Shown: one piece after another, positions 1-7,302 of the stretch
How the letters are laid out: the number at the start of each line of letters is the position of its first letter
Numbering within the stretch: position 1 is the first letter of the stretch
Assembly: GCA_034408725.1 (NCBI GenBank)
Contig: JAWXCN010000249.1
Location: forward strand, 1 to 12,179
DNA length: 12,179 nucleotides
Origin: Candidatus Hydrogenedentota bacterium
GTDB taxonomy: Bacteria > Hydrogenedentota > Hydrogenedentia > Hydrogenedentales > SLHB01
Direction: 5' to 3'
Notes under the pieces: model-generated
Databases searched by the model: none
Told to the model about the DNA's origin: nothing
The model's input: only the letters and a program-made list of their open reading frames with translations
Position numbers and translations under genes: made by a program

Positions 1-60
1 CCGGACGTTGAAATTCCGGTCAAGCCGGATGAAATCGAAGGGGCCGGGAAGGGGCAGTGA
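1..60 (+). CDS. Possible 3' end of a gene entering from the left (partial, PDVEIPVKPDEIEGAGKGQ*)
   Basis: Frame 1 is open from base 1 to TGA at 58-60, followed at once by TAG, with a hairpin about 50 nt downstream. Too short to assign a product. Confidence 0.35.
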   Translation, partial: PDVEIPVKPDEIEGAGKGQ

Positions 61-107
61 TAGGGGTGATCATGTCGCCGAGCTTTGGAAACCGGACTAT
101 TTTGACT

Positions 108-130
108 GCGGCGGCCGATACCGCCGCTTT
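108..130 (+). terminator. Putative intrinsic terminator hairpin between convergent genes
   Basis: GCGGCGG(108-114)-CCGATA-CCGCCGC(121-127) is a perfect 7-bp GC stem followed by TTT. The U-tract is short. Confidence 0.4.
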
Positions 131-238
131 GGCTGCGTTCGCGGGATGCCCCCGCAAATATTTGATGTACCGGTTAGATCGTCGCCGATAAACGTGGTGG
201 CCTCGCTTTCCACTTTGCCACCGCAATCCCAATTGGTT

Positions 239-1792
239 TTACGCGTTCGTGCGTAGCGCCGGAAACCAGGCGTAGACGAATCGTTCGCGCAGTTTTACCG
301 GAAGCGCTTCGCGCACGAGCATGGCGAGCCGCCCCCGCGCTGCGAGATAAAGTATGGCGACGTACGTAGCGCCTCCAACGGCAGTCGCGATGACGAGCAC
401 AACGAGCGCGGGAAGACCCAGCGGCGTTAACCCCTGTTCGATCAGTTTTGCAATTGCGGCTGCAACAATCGACGCCAATATATAAGGCACAACTGAGCGA
501 ACCAGAGCCGTATCACGCCAACCCATGATGCCGCGCATGACGGCGAGAAGCGCAATAACGGACAACCCTTGCGATACCGCCGTCGCAATGCCTAACGCGT
601 TCAATCCGATTTTCATGCCGTGGTTGTCGAATGCCCAGCGGCACGTCATGTACATGGCGGTTAGACATAGCGGTGTGGACACAAGGTAAAAGTGCAGGTT
701 GACGTGGGCACGGTTGATCGCGTTGTAAAACGGCGCAACGTGCGCGGCGATGCAGCGCAATGCGGCAAGCGCGAGCAATGCCTGAAACGATACGAGCGCG
801 GACGCGTATGCGGCGGGAATCAGCGCGCGGAAGATGAGCGGGGCAAGTGCAATGCCGAGCACGTGAATCGGGAGTGTCGTGCCTCCGAGGATTTCATAGA
901 GCCGGATGAACCCGCGTTGAAGCGTCGCGGGGTCTTCCTGGCGCGCGGCGAACCCGGACAACGAAACGTTTGCAATCAGATACGCATAATTGATCAAGAT
1001 CACGGTCGAGTACGTTGCCGCGACGTTGAACAGGCCGGCGGCGTCTGGCCCGAGGATGTGTCCGGCAATGACGAAACCGGCATTGGTCAGCACAAGCGCA
1101 AGCAGCGCTGCGCCAACAAGGTGCTTTGCATAGTGGAAGAGCTCGGTGAATTCGGCGCGCCCAAACATGAGCGATGGCCGCCATTGCGCGCAAATGTACC
1201 AGACCGGCGCCAGCACGAGCCCTGTGATCATCGCGGGGATGACAAGGCTCCAGTATCCCGCCCCAAGAAATGCGAAGAGGATCATGAGCACGCCGCTGAT
1301 AGCGTTCCAAATGGTGTCGAGCAATGCGGTCTGACCAAAACGCATATTGCGACGCATTACTGCGATGGGGATGGTGCGCAAAGCATAAACAGGGAAGCTC
1401 AGGCTCGTGATTCGAACAAGTTGGGTAATTTCAGGCGCGCCGTAGAAGTGGGCCAGCCACGGTGCGCTAACCCAGCATACGGCAAGAATGAAAAGGCTCG
1501 CCGCGATATTCAGCCAAAACGCGGTCGAGACGTAGAGCGGCGTAGCGTCCTTCTTTTGGATAACGGCTACCGCCACTCCAAAATCAGACACCATTTGCAG
1601 TACATTCATTAGCGCCGTAGTCATGACCACAAGGCCAAAATCGCTTGGCGCGAGGATCCAAAGCAACGCGTATTGCGCTAGGAACCGCAGTGTCCGGGAC
1701 GCTGCGTTGCCAATGCCCCAGGAAAACACGCCCGCGCGCATCTTTGTGCGGAGGGACACAGAATCGGGATGCGGTGCGGTGGGCGTAATCAT
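239..1792 (-). CDS. Wzx/PST-family polysaccharide flippase (WzxC-like, MOP superfamily)
   Basis: Many hydrophobic helices and the typical N-terminal pattern LAPSDFGLV...SDFGVAVAVIQKKD...STAFWLN...APWLAHFYGAPEI, plus GAGYWSLV and LGPDAAGLFNVA. Start placed at ATG 1792 (MITPTAP, 517 aa); the ORF extends to 1852 and the true start is uncertain. Confidence 0.88.
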   Translation of the reverse strand: MITPTAPHPDSVSLRTKMRAGVFSWGIGNAASRTLRFLAQYALLWILAPSDFGLVVMTTALMNVLQMVSDFGVAVAVIQKKDATPLYVSTAFWLNIAASLFILAVCWVSAPWLAHFYGAPEITQLVRITSLSFPVYALRTIPIAVMRRNMRFGQTALLDTIWNAISGVLMILFAFLGAGYWSLVIPAMITGLVLAPVWYICAQWRPSLMFGRAEFTELFHYAKHLVGAALLALVLTNAGFVIAGHILGPDAAGLFNVAATYSTVILINYAYLIANVSLSGFAARQEDPATLQRGFIRLYEILGGTTLPIHVLGIALAPLIFRALIPAAYASALVSFQALLALAALRCIAAHVAPFYNAINRAHVNLHFYLVSTPLCLTAMYMTCRWAFDNHGMKIGLNALGIATAVSQGLSVIALLAVMRGIMGWRDTALVRSVVPYILASIVAAAIAKLIEQGLTPLGLPALVVLVIATAVGGATYVAILYLAARGRLAMLVREALPVKLRERFVYAWFPALRTNA

Positions 1793-1945
1793 AGCGTGTG
1801 GGTACGAGTGTATCGGGCGCATGCGGACGGTGCAAGGAAACGCGGCGGGCACAGACAGACTGACGAAGGACCATAGTGGAATGACGAAGGATGCCTGCGC
1901 GATACTTTCAAGTGCAGGTTTTGCCGGAGCAGGGAGTGTAGTCTC

Positions 1946-3202
1946 ATGCCGTCGTTGCTGCGATTCGTATTGATGTCCACCATCGCGGCATCAGTTCATG
2001 CAACGCCGCTGGCGGCGGAACTCGTCGCATCAGGCTTTGACAAACCCTTGTACGTTGCCAGCCCGCCAAACGATACCGAACGGCTCTTCGTTCTCGAACA
2101 GCATACGGGCCTTATACGGATTGTGCGGGACGGATCAATCGCGCCAGGGCCATTTCTGGACATTGGCGGGCTTGTCTCGACCGGGGGTGAGCAGGGCCTG
2201 CTGGGGCTCGCGTTTCATCCGTTGTACGCCTCGAACGGATTCTTTTACATCTACTACACCGACATAGACGGGACGTCGCGCATCATGCGATACACGCGCT
2301 CCGCCGATCCTGATATCGCCGATTCGTCCAGCGCGATGGAACTCTTTTTCATTTTGCAGCCGTTGCCCAATCATAACGGCGGCATGATGGCGTTTGGTCC
2401 GGATGGATACTTGTACATCAGCAGCGGAGATGGAGGCGGATTCTCGTTTGATCGCGCACAGGACCCGGCGGAAGACCTCGGCAAAATTTTGCGGGTGGAT
2501 GTTGACGGTGGAACACCGTATGCCATTCCGCCGGACAATCCGTATGCGAACGTCCCTGGTGCGAATCCGCGGGTATGGGCGCGAGGTCTGCGCAATCCGT
2601 GGCGATTTTCCTTCGATGCGCTGACCGGCGACATGTGGATTGGCGATGTCGGGCAATTGAAATGGGAAGAAATAAATTTTCAGGCGGGAGGAACGCCTGG
2701 CGACGCGAATTACGGTTGGAACATTGCCGAGGCTCTGGACTGCAATCGTCCGCCGACAGGTCAATGCGGCAACAACCCGGGATTCACGCCACCGATTACG
2801 TTTTACGGACGAGACGATGGAAGTTCAATCACGGGCGGGTACGTTTATCGCGGGCTAATTCCGGGCCTGCAAGGAACGTATTTCTACGCGGACTTCATCA
2901 CTTCTCGAATTTGGTCGTTTCGGTTCGATGGCGCGACGATAACCGAATTTCAGGAGCGCACGGCTGAATTGGACCCGCCAGGGCCAACGCAGATCAATCA
3001 CATATCCTCGTTCGGCGAGGACTCTCAACGAAATCTTTATATCGTCGACTATACCGGCGGTGAAATCTTCCGGATTGGCGCGTCGCCGGGATTGGACGTC
3101 GAGAGTACCGGCGGCGCGATGGTGCTTGTGCTCGCCATCAGTGCCGCTGCACTTTCGCGAGCGTCTTCTACACGACACCATGCGCGTTCTCGTAGGTGGT
3201 GA
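1946..3202 (+). CDS. PQQ-dependent sugar dehydrogenase family (glucose/sorbosone dehydrogenase, GSDH) protein, exported
   Basis: Signal peptide ([19 protein letters not shown]); motifs [90 protein letters not shown] upstream. Confidence 0.9.
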   Translation: MPSLLRFVLMSTIAASVHATPLAAELVASGFDKPLYVASPPNDTERLFVLEQHTGLIRIVRDGSIAPGPFLDIGGLVSTGGEQGLLGLAFHPLYASNGFFYIYYTDIDGTSRIMRYTRSADPDIADSSSAMELFFILQPLPNHNGGMMAFGPDGYLYISSGDGGGFSFDRAQDPAEDLGKILRVDVDGGTPYAIPPDNPYANVPGANPRVWARGLRNPWRFSFDALTGDMWIGDVGQLKWEEINFQAGGTPGDANYGWNIAEALDCNRPPTGQCGNNPGFTPPITFYGRDDGSSITGGYVYRGLIPGLQGTYFYADFITSRIWSFRFDGATITEFQERTAELDPPGPTQINHISSFGEDSQRNLYIVDYTGGEIFRIGASPGLDVESTGGAMVLVLAISAAALSRASSTRHHARSRRW

Positions 3203-3761
3203 TCTGGTCGACATTGCGCAAGGTCAACCCAATGGTGTCCCAACCGTTCAGCAGACATTCCTTTTTGAACGGATCCAGATCGAACAAGATAGTCGAGCCG
3301 TCGGGTTTGACGATGCGGTTATTCGGCAGATCGATGGTGAGTTGGTAGCCCTCGGTCGCGCGCACTTCGTTGAACAACTGCTCGATCACATCCGCATCAA
3401 CGCGAATTGGCAGCATGCCGTTATTGAAGCAGTTGTTGTAAAAGATGTCGGCGTAGGATGGCGCAAGCACGCTGCGGATGCCATAGTCCAACAGCGCCCA
3501 CGGCGCGTGCTCGCGTGACGAGCCGCAACCGAAGTTGTCCTTCGCCATCAGGATGCTCGCGCCCTTATAGCGCGGCGCGTTGAATTCAAATTCAGGATTC
3601 AACGAGCCATCGGCGTTAAAGCGCCAGTCGAAGAACAGCGCATCATCAAACCCCGTGCGCCCGATGCGCTTGAGAAACTGCTTCGGGATGATCTGATCGG
3701 TATCGACATTCTGCGCATCCAACGGCGCGACGATGCCGGTCAAGGTTGTGAATGGTTGCAT
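3168..3761 (-). CDS. leuD: 3-isopropylmalate dehydratase small subunit
   Basis: MQPFTTLTG...[14 protein letters not shown]...[15 protein letters not shown]...[17 protein letters not shown]...[19 protein letters not shown] (3770-3773) supports ATG 3761 (197 aa) rather than 3851. Confidence 0.97.
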   Translation of the reverse strand: MQPFTTLTGIVAPLDAQNVDTDQIIPKQFLKRIGRTGFDDALFFDWRFNADGSLNPEFEFNAPRYKGASILMAKDNFGCGSSREHAPWALLDYGIRSVLAPSYADIFYNNCFNNGMLPIRVDADVIEQLFNEVRATEGYQLTIDLPNNRIVKPDGSTILFDLDPFKKECLLNGWDTIGLTLRNVDQITTYENAHGVV

Positions 3762-3816
3762 GAAACGAACTCCAATTTCGTAAAGGTTATTTATCGACGA
3801 ATCGCCAAGTCGACAC

Positions 3817-4130
3817 TCAAACTGCAATGCCTTCACGAGCAACGGCCTCATGCAACGGGGTCGCTCGTCGAATCGGCCCGTTCCAGTTTTGTTCGTTGCA
3901 TATTACCGTTGAAAGTATCTCATCCGACTCCAGTTCGATTTGATAAATTGCGCGCCGGATGGCGGATTTCAATTCCCAATTGAGCGGTATGCTCAATAGA
4001 ATCAAACAATCCCAATCAGAATCGAATCTAGCATCGCCGCGAGCTCGGCTTCCGTACAGGATCACCTTCGCAAGTGGATCAAAAGTAAGCGCCGTTTTTT
4101 TACGCGCGTTAATAATTCTTCGCGATCCAT
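3817..4130 (-). pseudogene. Minimal nucleotidyltransferase (MNT, MntA-like antitoxin family), frameshifted at an A7 run (pseudogene, slippage-dependent gene, or sequence error)
   Basis: VILYGSRARGDARFDSDWDCLIL has the GS...DxD signature and the C-terminus VAREGIAV is typical. ATG 4130 has a GGAG RBS but is out of frame; one extra A in the run at 4095-4101 gives a 104-aa MDREELLTRVKKTALTFDPLAKVILYGSRARG... protein. Confidence 0.8.
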
Positions 4131-4132
4131 GT

Positions 4133-4306
4133 CTATGCTCCGTGGTTATTATGGCTTGCAGGACCGAAAAATATCAGTGCGAGAGCCACCAAAATAACAA
4201 ACTCTGGAATACCCAGCATAAGCGACTTCAATGAGCCAACTATCCATACAAATATGCATAGTGCGGTCCCGACGAAAAGCAGTAGTATAAATACTTTCGG
4301 TCTCAT
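4133..4306 (-). CDS. 57-aa two-helix membrane protein with a TatA/TatB-like transmembrane segment (not in the ORF track)
   Basis: Manual translation: MRPKVFILLLFVGTALCIFVWIVGSLKSLMLGIPEFVILVALALIFFGPASHNNHGA*. It starts 3 nt after the upstream stop (4310) and ends 2 nt before the MNT ATG (4130), filling the gap. Confidence 0.7.
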   Translation of the reverse strand: MRPKVFILLLFVGTALCIFVWIVGSLKSLMLGIPEFVILVALALIFFGPASHNNHGA

Positions 4307-4309
4307 GGT

Positions 4310-4600
4310 TTACTCTTCAGCAGTCGTCAGTTTGTTTTCATAACGGCGGCAACGGCGATTCCAGTTCTTTTCGTTTCCTTCACGGAAACTGTCGAAAGCG
4401 TCATTAAAGGTCCGGAAAATATCTTTCCACCGACCCGCAGCGAGGAAGATAAAGGCAATTGCAATAATAACCAGCCATTCAGGCAGTGTGCTATCAGGGG
4501 CAATTAACACTGCACTGAATCCGCATAGAGCAATTATTGCCAAGTAAATCACCCACCTCATCCTCCGTTGGAAAAGCAAAGGTGAGCTGTTTGAAGACAT
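4310..4600 (-). CDS. Small membrane protein: N-terminal TM helix plus TatA-like TM and amphipathic helix
   Basis: 96 aa with two hydrophobic segments followed by amphipathic RWKDIFRTFNDAFDSFREG; AGGA upstream of ATG 4600; lies directly after leuC. Confidence 0.7.
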   Translation of the reverse strand: MSSNSSPLLFQRRMRWVIYLAIIALCGFSAVLIAPDSTLPEWLVIIAIAFIFLAAGRWKDIFRTFNDAFDSFREGNEKNWNRRCRRYENKLTTAEE

Positions 4601-4636
4601 TGGTAATCATCCTGTATTCGGTTAGCAAGTCGGTTT

Positions 4637-6043
4637 TCAGTTGTACTTCCAATTCCGAATATCCACAAAATGCCCTTCAATTGCCGCGGCTACTGCCATG
4701 GCAGGACTGACGAGATGCGTGCGGCCGCCTTTGCCTTGACGGCCTTCGAAGTTCCGGTTCGAAGTGGAGGCGCAGCGATCGCCGGGGTTGAGGCGGTCGT
4801 CGTTCATGGCGAGGCACATGGAGCAGCCTGCTTCGCGCCATTCGAATCCCGCTTCCTTGAACACTTTGTCGAGACCTTCTTTTTCAGCTTGTACTTTCAC
4901 CTGATGCGAACCGGGCACGACGATGGCCTGATCGATTTTGGAATTGAGCTTATACCCTTTGACGACTTTCGCGGCAGCGCGCAGGTCTTCGATGCGGCCG
5001 TTGGTGCACGACCCCAGGAAGATTTTGTTCACCGTGACCGCCGTGAGCGGGATACCTTCATCGAGGCCCATGTATTGCAGGGCCTTCTCGGTGGAATGGC
5101 GCGAATTGGCGTCGTCGATTTCGCGCAGCACCGGCGTTTTTGTCAACACGCCCGCAACCATGCCCGGAGACGTGCCCCACGTCACCTGCGGTTCAATGTC
5201 CTTCGCGTCCAGCTCGACGACTACGTCGTATGTGCAGCCGGGGTCAGATGCGAACTGTTTCCACTTCGCGACGAGTTGATCGTGCGGCGTGCCATTAAGG
5301 TATTCGCGGTCCTTAAGGTACTCAAACGTCTTTTCATCAGGCGAAATGAGGCCCGCGCGCGCGCCCGCCTCGATGGACATGTTGCAGACCGTCATCCGGC
5401 CTTCCATGCTCAGTGAACGGATCACGTCGCCGGTGTATTCGATGACGTATCCCGTGCCGCCTGCGGTGCCGATCTTTCCGATGATCGCGAGAATGACGTC
5501 CTTCGCCGTGATGCCGTTCGGCAATGTGCCGTTCACGCGCACTTCCATCGTCTTCGACTTTTTCTGCAATAGCGTCTGCGTGGCGAGGACGTGCTCGACT
5601 TCGCTCGTGCCGATGCCGAACGCCAGCGCGCCAAACGCGCCGTGGGTGGACGTGTGCGAATCGCCGCAGACGATCGTGAAGCCGGGTTGGGTCAGGCCCA
5701 GTTCCGGTCCGATGACATGCACAATGCCGTTGCGCCTGTCCTTCATGTCGAAACATGCGACGCCGAACTCATCGCAGTTTTTCTTCAACGCTTCTATTTG
5801 GAGGCGCGACATTTCATCGCGGATGGGTTGCGAACGGTCCGTCGTCGGAATGTTGTGATCCATCGTGGCAAACGTGAGATTCGGACGCCGCACCTTGCGG
5901 TTGGCGAGGCGCAGGCCTTCAAAGGCCTGCGGTGACGTCACTTCATGGACGTAATGCCGATCGATATAGAGGACGGCTTCCTTGCCCGGTTCGTCAAGAA
6001 CCAGGTGGGCGTCCCAGATTTTTTCGTAGATGTTCTTTGCCAT
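4637..6043 (-). CDS. leuC: 3-isopropylmalate dehydratase large subunit
   Basis: [52 protein letters not shown], Fe-S cysteines in GSCTNGR and [34 protein letters not shown] supports ATG 6043 (468 aa). Confidence 0.98.
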   Translation of the reverse strand: MAKNIYEKIWDAHLVLDEPGKEAVLYIDRHYVHEVTSPQAFEGLRLANRKVRRPNLTFATMDHNIPTTDRSQPIRDEMSRLQIEALKKNCDEFGVACFDMKDRRNGIVHVIGPELGLTQPGFTIVCGDSHTSTHGAFGALAFGIGTSEVEHVLATQTLLQKKSKTMEVRVNGTLPNGITAKDVILAIIGKIGTAGGTGYVIEYTGDVIRSLSMEGRMTVCNMSIEAGARAGLISPDEKTFEYLKDREYLNGTPHDQLVAKWKQFASDPGCTYDVVVELDAKDIEPQVTWGTSPGMVAGVLTKTPVLREIDDANSRHSTEKALQYMGLDEGIPLTAVTVNKIFLGSCTNGRIEDLRAAAKVVKGYKLNSKIDQAIVVPGSHQVKVQAEKEGLDKVFKEAGFEWREAGCSMCLAMNDDRLNPGDRCASTSNRNFEGRQGKGGRTHLVSPAMAVAAAIEGHFVDIRNWKYN

Positions 6044-6097
6044 GACTACAACTGCCTTCCTATACCTACGCATATTTATGCGCTATCGACCGAATTT

Positions 6098-6802
6098 TTA
6101 CTTCGTAAGTCGGAATTGATAGTGAAAAACTTCGTTCGTATTAGCGTTCTCCAAGTACAGTTCCATCTTCGCTTTTTTTGAAAACCAGGTTGCATACCCG
6201 AACGTGATGCTTGCTATTGAATGCGGCGGTATGGTTAACACTGGCCAAGTAGCTCCGGCCGGGGGCACCGGCTGTTGTTCATTAGGAAGCAGAGGCGTGC
6301 TGTCAGTAATATCCACCTTCTGCATCTCTCCGTTTAACTCAAGCACCGCATAGTAAGGTTTCCTGGGCGGCTGGGACTTATCGGAACTGACCCAAACGCA
6401 TTTCGCGGTATCAATTTTTAGTTCGTGTTCGGAATCATTAACTATCGCCCAAGTGCTATGGCACCAACTCCAGCTTGAGGAATATGAATGCAGGTGCTCA
6501 ATGGTCAAGCCTTTTGCGGTTACACGTGCCGTTTTAAGCGTCGCTACAGCCTGGACCAATTCGGGATGTCCCAATTTAGCCAGAAGTGCATTCTGGGATT
6601 CTGTATCAGTGTCTGATTCAAATTTGGGGCGGCGAAATATTTCGACCTTTACTTGGTTTCCCTTCAGCGATTCCGACAGGCCAACAAATTCAACAATTTG
6701 ATAAATTACGCTTTCCGGTTGGCAACCAACGACAAGCGCTGAAGTCAATACTCCAAAGACGATTAATCGGCAAACGGAACGGGTCGATCTCATTGAATTC
6801 AT
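6098..6802 (-). CDS. Hypothetical lipoprotein (234 aa)
   Basis: ATG 6802 overlaps the upstream stop (ATGA). MNSMRSTRSVCRLIVFGVLTSALVVGC has a basic n-region, hydrophobic h-region and lipobox-like Cys. The 377-aa track version merely runs through the upstream gene. Confidence 0.7.
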   Translation of the reverse strand: MNSMRSTRSVCRLIVFGVLTSALVVGCQPESVIYQIVEFVGLSESLKGNQVKVEIFRRPKFESDTDTESQNALLAKLGHPELVQAVATLKTARVTAKGLTIEHLHSYSSSWSWCHSTWAIVNDSEHELKIDTAKCVWVSSDKSQPPRKPYYAVLELNGEMQKVDITDSTPLLPNEQQPVPPAGATWPVLTIPPHSIASITFGYATWFSKKAKMELYLENANTNEVFHYQFRLTK

Positions 6803-7275
6803 GGCGACAATCCAATCAACACCGACTGTACGGCGAATATCGCAACTGACGCGATAACCCATGACTTCCATGCGAAGCCTTCGCCGCGCTTCGTGAGTAT
6901 CGCCGCTTGAATCAACACTACAATAATTCCCGCGCTCATCGGTGCGAATACAATGCCTGTCCCGGGCCACCAAGCGAGAATAATGGAAGTTGGATCTCGG
7001 TGCGTCACGAGCGAGACGACCGATAAAGCTATGCAGAGAAGAGAAAACAATAGCCACGTCTTGAAGGCAAAAGCCTTTCGATCTTTCGTAGTGATCCTTT
7101 GGAACCTGCTCACGATATATACAAGAAAAACGGGCATGGCGATTATGTTCATGGCATGCATCATTCCGAAAGAAACATTTAGCTCCAGCCAGTTCATCAC
7201 CACGACACCAATGACAAGCAGAACAATCCACGCCATTGCGAGGAATAACAAGTATTTGTTTATAAAATTGACCAT
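6799..7275 (-). CDS. Hypothetical integral membrane protein (about 5 TM helices)
   Basis: 158 aa of repeated hydrophobic stretches with short basic loops; fits between co-oriented neighbours and is coupled to the downstream lipoprotein. Confidence 0.75.
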   Translation of the reverse strand: MVNFINKYLLFLAMAWIVLLVIGVVVMNWLELNVSFGMMHAMNIIAMPVFLVYIVSRFQRITTKDRKAFAFKTWLLFSLLCIALSVVSLVTHRDPTSIILAWWPGTGIVFAPMSAGIIVVLIQAAILTKRGEGFAWKSWVIASVAIFAVQSVLIGLSP

Positions 7276-7302
7276 GAGCTGCTTGTCTTTTTTTGCTTCG
7301 GA

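Noticed and set aside
692-1612. Long antisense ORFs (also 4670-5416, 5289-5858, 7336-8028, 7713-8645)
   Set aside because: They shadow well-supported genes in GC-rich DNA and have no recognisable motifs.
6803-7231. N-terminal 143 codons of the 377-aa ORF
   Set aside because: They overlap the 158-aa membrane gene in another frame; the signal peptide and ATGA coupling point to ATG 6802.
3762-7302. Integron-type cassette array explaining the co-oriented AT-rich genes
   Set aside because: Intergenic gaps are mostly too short and lack paired RYYYAAC/GTTRRRY attC ends; no integrase is present.
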